Part shown: piece by piece, positions 16,228 through 20,000 of the stretch
Position numbering within the stretch: the first letter of the stretch is position 1
Layout: each line of letters begins with the position of its first letter
IMG/VR virus record: IMGVR_UViG_3300042987_001178
Length of the DNA stretch: 20,000 nucleotides
Reading direction: 5' to 3' (one strand)
Source of the DNA: an uncultured virus (IMG/VR IMGVR_UViG_3300042987_001178)
Taxonomy: Duplodnaviria; Heunggongvirae; Uroviricota; Caudoviricetes
Notes under the pieces: model-generated
What the model saw: the letters and a program-made list of their open reading frames with translations, nothing else
What the model was told of the DNA's origin: nothing
Databases searched by the model: none
Program-made: the position numbers and the translations under genes

Positions 16228-17146
16228 CCCAGTTTTGTCCTGTCGTTGGGTTTATAGCAGACCAGTTTTGACCTGTTGTTGGGTTTATTATTACCCAGCC
16301 GTATATAGTAGGATTTCCAGCGCTTAAAGTCAATTGATTTGATGTAGGTATAATAACTTGATCTGTTGAAATTATTATATTTCCAACACCTACGGTTACT
16401 TGATTTCCTGTTACATAATATCTTGATTCTATATTAACAGTACCAACGCTTATATTAACAGTTGATCCAGTAGCTGTAACTCCAGCTCCTAATGAGAATG
16501 TAGGAGTACCTAATTCAATAGTTACTTCATTACCATTTACATCTATAAAGTTTTTACCTATTACTTCAGCATTACCTACAGATAAAACAACACTTGATCC
16601 TGTAGCTTGAACAACGGTTGGTAAAGCAATTGTAACTTGACCTGTTCCAATTTGAACAGAAGAACCCGTTGCTGTAATGATATTATCTAAACTAAATGTA
16701 ACAGCTCCAGTTTGTATATCTAATTCTTGACCAACAACTGCATCAGTTACATTACCGCCTGCAATAATATTTGGATTTTGTACTAATAGATCTAATAAAT
16801 TTGTAGTTGTATCTACATTAGATTTACCAATAATTGTTGCATCACCAATTACTAAACTTAAACCATTTCCAGTTACTTGAACAATAGCTTGTCCAGTAAA
16901 CTCTATGGTTCCTGTTTGTAATTGTAAATTATTTCCAACTAAAGTGACTTCAGTTTTTCCTGATACAGATATTGTTCCTAAATTTAATAGTAATGGATCA
17001 ATTGGAACAGATTCATTCCAAGCGCCTTCTCCCCACGTAACTCGGCCCCAACCTTGTGAAATACCAACTTCTACAATGACATCAGTAGTCTGTTGTCCCC
17101 ACTCGCCTTGACTCCATGGATGTATTCCCCAAGTATTATTAGCCAT
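16214..17146 (-). CDS. Beta-rich repetitive virion protein with Trp-Gly motifs
   Basis: 310 aa, V/T/G/I-rich, with ~30-aa periodic V.vTG....l..G units, two N-terminal W-x4-W-x4-W motifs and a C-terminal duplicated INPTTGQNW. Confidence 0.6.
   Translation of the reverse strand: MANNTWGIHPWSQGEWGQQTTDVIVEVGISQGWGRVTWGEGAWNESVPIDPLLLNLGTISVSGKTEVTLVGNNLQLQTGTIEFTGQAIVQVTGNGLSLVIGDATIIGKSNVDTTTNLLDLLVQNPNIIAGGNVTDAVVGQELDIQTGAVTFSLDNIITATGSSVQIGTGQVTIALPTVVQATGSSVVLSVGNAEVIGKNFIDVNGNEVTIELGTPTFSLGAGVTATGSTVNISVGTVNIESRYYVTGNQVTVGVGNIIISTDQVIIPTSNQLTLSAGNPTIYGWVIINPTTGQNWSAINPTTGQNWVDIT
16229..16297 (-). repeat. 33-nt tandem coding repeat (2 copies; W-x2-INPTTGQN)
   Basis: ccagttttg[t/a]cctgt[c/t]gttgggtttat starting at 16229 and 16262. 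Confidence 0.85.
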
Positions 17147-17159
17147 AATTTTTTATGGC
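17142..17159 (-). promoter_or_regulatory. Hairpin sequestering the start codon of the 310-aa gene
   Basis: GCCATAA-AAAA-TTATGGC is a perfect 7-bp stem; the ATG (17144-17146) lies in the 3' arm. Confidence 0.55.
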
Positions 17160-17165
17160 GAACTA

Positions 17166-17603
17166 CTACGATATTCTCAAGATTGCGCTTGTTGAATTCG
17201 CTGCTGGGAACTGAATAGTAAAGTCGCCGTTCGTTGAAGTTTTATCACCACCGAAATCTAATACCACAACTGCTTTGCTTCCATTTGTTGTGTTATAAAT
17301 TAAAGCACATGATGCTGTAATAGTTGCTGTTGAAAAAGTTACATCAGCAAAATCTACGAATGCAACATTTTGTGCAACTGTTGGTGAAATATTTGTAAGA
17401 GTTGCTCCAGTAGCAGTATAACCTGTACCTGTCACTTCAACACTTGATCCGATTGTTGCAGCATACACAGTTGTTGTTGCAGCAGCAAAACCTGAAACAG
17501 TATTGTATAAAGCTAATTTAAATGTATCGCCTGTAGAAGCTGTAAAATCGTGAATCGCTTCAAATAATTCTTCTTTAAAACTATCTGGTACTATATTTGC
17601 CAT
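17166..17603 (-). CDS. Small virion structural protein (145 aa)
   Basis: SFKEEL...HDF, FKLALY, GY.A.GATL, AFVDFAD, VVVLDFGGDKTST.GDFTIQFP motifs typical of phage structural modules; strong unoccluded AAGGAG SD. Confidence 0.7.
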   Translation of the reverse strand: MANIVPDSFKEELFEAIHDFTASTGDTFKLALYNTVSGFAAATTTVYAATIGSSVEVTGTGYTATGATLTNISPTVAQNVAFVDFADVTFSTATITASCALIYNTTNGSKAVVVLDFGGDKTSTNGDFTIQFPAANSTSAILRIS

Positions 17604-17615
17604 ATTAACTCCTTA

Positions 17616-18299
17616 TTATTTACTTGGTGGCGGTGAATCTACTACAACTCTAGGTTCGCCGTCAACATATTCGTCTCTTCTTCTTCTACCTGTCTGTTCA
17701 ACACCAAATGATTCTCTGGCTTGTTGATAAGATTGTTCATACACTTGTATCATATCTGCTGGACCTTTCAAGTATTTATATGTTTCAACTAAAGAACCAT
17801 AAAGAAGTAAATCTTGAGCAAAAGTAGATATATAAGTCGTTGAAGTTGCTGAATTACCAGCAGTTATAGAAGTTCCTTGTGAATAATAAGCAATATTAAT
17901 TGCATAAGTTGTATTAGGAGTTGGAGCTACAAACCATGTTGTTTCATTCCAGTTTGCCCAATATCTTGGTTTTTCATAATAAGTAGAAGAGTTTGGAAAA
18001 TTATTAAATTCTGCCATGTAAGAACTATCTTTTTGTTCTAAATTACTAATTTCACCATCTGGAGAAATCATTTCAACATATCTAATATTACGAAGTCCTG
18101 ATGGTACAGAAATTGTAGTTGTTCCTGCAGTAGTTACCGCTGATGCATATAATCTGTAAGCGTCTATATTTAATTCTCTATAAATTCTATTTTCAGTATT
18201 TTGAACAATTACGGAAACTGTATTGTCAGATAATCCATTACTATCTACTTCTGTATAGTTTCTAATTTGAGTTACAAGTTGTGAATATGTTAGTGCCAT
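17616..18299 (-). CDS. Head-tail adaptor-like virion protein (227 aa)
   Basis: Start re-assigned to ATG 18299 (MALTYSQLVTQIRNYTE), just after the upstream stop. Helical N- and C-termini flank a beta core (PRYWA...VAPTP...Y; DLLLYGSLVE). Confidence 0.6.
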   Translation of the reverse strand: MALTYSQLVTQIRNYTEVDSNGLSDNTVSVIVQNTENRIYRELNIDAYRLYASAVTTAGTTTISVPSGLRNIRYVEMISPDGEISNLEQKDSSYMAEFNNFPNSSTYYEKPRYWANWNETTWFVAPTPNTTYAINIAYYSQGTSITAGNSATSTTYISTFAQDLLLYGSLVETYKYLKGPADMIQVYEQSYQQARESFGVEQTGRRRRDEYVDGEPRVVVDSPPPSK

Positions 18300-18300
18300 A

Positions 18301-19068
18301 TTATATTGTCTCCGCTGTCGCCGATCCGCCGCCAATCTTTGTCGTTAATAGACCCGTTCCTGACGATGCGTTAAAACGATAATTATCTAAATTAACAACT
18401 GTTATACTATATCCAGTTGAAGTTGTTAAGACTGATTGTTGAAATCCTGAAGATGTTAAAAATGAATTAACTACTGTTAAACTTTGAAATTGAACAGTAT
18501 TTCCTGTTACTTTACCATGATTAGGTTGATTAACTTGTATTGTAGAACTACCTGCTGTGACTTCAAAAGCATTATTAGGTAATGCAACTGCTGAAGGTCC
18601 TACAGATGGTTGTCCACCAAAGTTCCCACTCGCGCTCGCGGTGGTTTGAGCATTGATGGTGTATTGATTAGTATTAACTACTGTTAATGAAAATCCAAGT
18701 GTTGTATTTAACATATCATTGGTAAATCCATTAGATGCATTTACATTTGTAAATATAATTTTATTTCCAGTTGTTTTTTCATGACCTGGTTCATTAACTA
18801 AAATAGTAGAACTTCCTGCCGTTGATAATAATGGATTAAAAGATAATAACACAACTGACAATGGCTCTACACGATCTGGTCGTGCATTTAATAATCCTTG
18901 CGGATCATTTCCTGGAACTTTTGGTTCTAATTGTGGTTGTTTAGGTTCGTATTCGCTGAAATGAACAAATGATCCATTCCATTCTGTTACCATTTCGTCA
19001 TACGGGAATCGTTGGCCAGATCTATCTGATATGGCGTAAGCTTTCTTACCTGTAGCAAAACTTGTCAT
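18301..19068 (-). CDS. Virion protein with a conserved N-terminal module and two tandem H-G-x-x-T-G beta domains (FCCH-like)
   Basis: ISDRSG.RFPY.EM..EWNG...EPKQPQ N-terminus; internal duplication TAGSSTI.VN.P.H.K.TGN...F...GF...G[FY]S.TVVN...Y..NA. Confidence 0.6.
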   Translation of the reverse strand: MTSFATGKKAYAISDRSGQRFPYDEMVTEWNGSFVHFSEYEPKQPQLEPKVPGNDPQGLLNARPDRVEPLSVVLLSFNPLLSTAGSSTILVNEPGHEKTTGNKIIFTNVNASNGFTNDMLNTTLGFSLTVVNTNQYTINAQTTASASGNFGGQPSVGPSAVALPNNAFEVTAGSSTIQVNQPNHGKVTGNTVQFQSLTVVNSFLTSSGFQQSVLTTSTGYSITVVNLDNYRFNASSGTGLLTTKIGGGSATAETI

Positions 19069-19805
19069 TATACACCATCTCCATAGAATGTTTTTGGTGA
19101 TATAAATAATGAAGCAGCTTGTGAGTCTTGAGTTAATGCTCTTTGCATTTCGTCTTCATAAACTAATTTTAACATTTCTGTTTTTTCAGGTTTATAAGTA
19201 ATACTTAAATAGTAAGAAAGTCCTGAAGTTAAACACGGTAAAAATCTAAATACAACATCTGGAGTGTTTGTGTATTTTCCAGCATCTTCGATTCTTGCAA
19301 GATAATAAAATCTTAATTGATAATTGCTTGGTGTGCTTTGACTTGAAAATTGTGTTCCTGGTGTTTGATATAAAAATATACTCGGACTATATCCTCTTTG
19401 AACATAATATTGAGAAGGTGTTCCTTGTGATAATTTATTTGGTAAAGCTGCATAAGCAGATCTGTCTATTTTAGTTAATGAAGTATCTGTGGGTAGCGAA
19501 GCGTTTGGAGATGTATTATTTCTAATATATGCCTCTAATACATCGTTAATATCACTTGGATAGTTTGTAGGATCTGATGAATAACTATATTCAGCTTGTC
19601 CTAATACTAATGGAATTGTAGCTAATTTTACCTTCCATAAATGTACACCTCTATTATCCCACTCTGATAATAAAATATTTAAATTTCTTCTTGCTGCTCT
19701 TAAATGATAACCAGATCTTGTTCCTCCAATACCTACACGTCCAAAAGCTTCGTCAAAAAGCTCATCTAGTTCAAGATTAAAACTTGTAGTTCCGGAAGTA
19801 GTCAT
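19068..19805 (-). CDS. Head-tail adaptor-like virion protein (P22 gp4 / T7 gp11-like role)
   Basis: MTTSGTTSFNL.LDELFDEAF.R.G, ARR.LN.LL.EW.NRG..LW, G.P.QYY, FLPCL..GL.YYL pattern; GGAG SD; position at the head-tail junction of the module. Confidence 0.6.
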   Translation of the reverse strand: MTTSGTTSFNLELDELFDEAFGRVGIGGTRSGYHLRAARRNLNILLSEWDNRGVHLWKVKLATIPLVLGQAEYSYSSDPTNYPSDINDVLEAYIRNNTSPNASLPTDTSLTKIDRSAYAALPNKLSQGTPSQYYVQRGYSPSIFLYQTPGTQFSSQSTPSNYQLRFYYLARIEDAGKYTNTPDVVFRFLPCLTSGLSYYLSITYKPEKTEMLKLVYEDEMQRALTQDSQAASLFISPKTFYGDGV

Positions 19806-19814
19806 CTACTCTCC
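19794..19814 (-). promoter_or_regulatory. Hairpin occluding the SD, with the start codon in the loop
   Basis: GGA(G)AGTAG-ATGA-CTACTTCC gives 8 bp plus one bulge; the upstream stop codon abuts its 5' end. Confidence 0.55.
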
Positions 19815-20000
19815 TACTTGTCTATAAATAGCGTAATACTTAATGCACTACTATTAGCAGTTACACCAATTCCATCAACAATTGCTGTTCCATTTCTTTG
19901 AGCATATAAAACTCCGTCTTCTGGAATATTTAAAGTTTCAGTTTGGTTAGCACCAACTGCAACACTAATATAAACTTGTGTATTAGTTGAAGAACTAACA
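19814..20000 (-). CDS. 3' end of a small beta-rich virion protein (partial)
   Basis: Manual translation ...VSSSTNTQVYISVAVGANQTETLNIPEDGVLYAQRNGTAIVDGIGVTANSSALSITLFIDK*, with TAG at 19814-19816. Confidence 0.7.
   Translation of the reverse strand, partial: VSSSTNTQVYISVAVGANQTETLNIPEDGVLYAQRNGTAIVDGIGVTANSSALSITLFIDK

Noticed and set aside
17142..17159. Rho-independent terminator
   Set aside because: No U-tract follows the stem on the coding strand, and the stem contains a start codon.
18300..18335. ORF-track N-terminal extension MAADRRQRRQYN of the 239-aa ORF
   Set aside because: It overlaps the upstream gene's GC-rich end; ATG 18299 directly after the upstream stop is the more plausible start.
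3127..19474. Other short plus-strand ORFs (3127, 8107, 8444, 9415, 15327, 16905, 19268)
   Set aside because: They overlap well-supported minus-strand genes and show no recognisable motifs.
1..20000. tRNA/rRNA genes, integrase, IS elements, or a cellular polysaccharide locus
   Set aside because: No intergenic gap exceeds about 50 nt, and no transposase or integrase motifs were seen. The transferases are embedded among virion genes with no flippase, polymerase or nucleotide-sugar genes.

Overview
AT-rich (roughly one-third GC by eye), densely packed window with every credible gene on the minus strand. It reads as the late/structural region of a tailed dsDNA phage, probably podovirus-like and of the kind seen in aquatic viromes. 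A low-GC alphaproteobacterial (SAR11/LD12-like) host is an inference. In transcription order (right to left): head-tail adaptor-like and small virion proteins; a Trp/Gly-motif beta-rich protein; a tail-fibre hub protein; three paralogous Kelch-like beta-propeller proteins (6+12+12 = 30 blades) with two small accessory genes; a modification cassette (sulfotransferase, APS-kinase-like P-loop protein, HxGH nucleotidyltransferase, four 2OG-Fe(II) oxygenases); a tail nozzle/DNA-stabilisation-like protein; three small ORFs; a SAM methyltransferase; two glycosyltransferases; and the start of a probable ejection protein. Most notable: (1) a putative virion-decoration pathway (hydroxylation, glycosylation, methylation, sulfation with its own PAPS supply) next to the receptor-binding genes; (2) a constant-framework/variable-loop propeller repertoire with signs of blade exchange; (3) short patches of G/C-ending codons concentrated at domain junctions; (4) sigma70-like promoters overlapping upstream gene ends, and hairpins occluding RBS/start codons. 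All functional calls come from motif recognition only; no searches were run.
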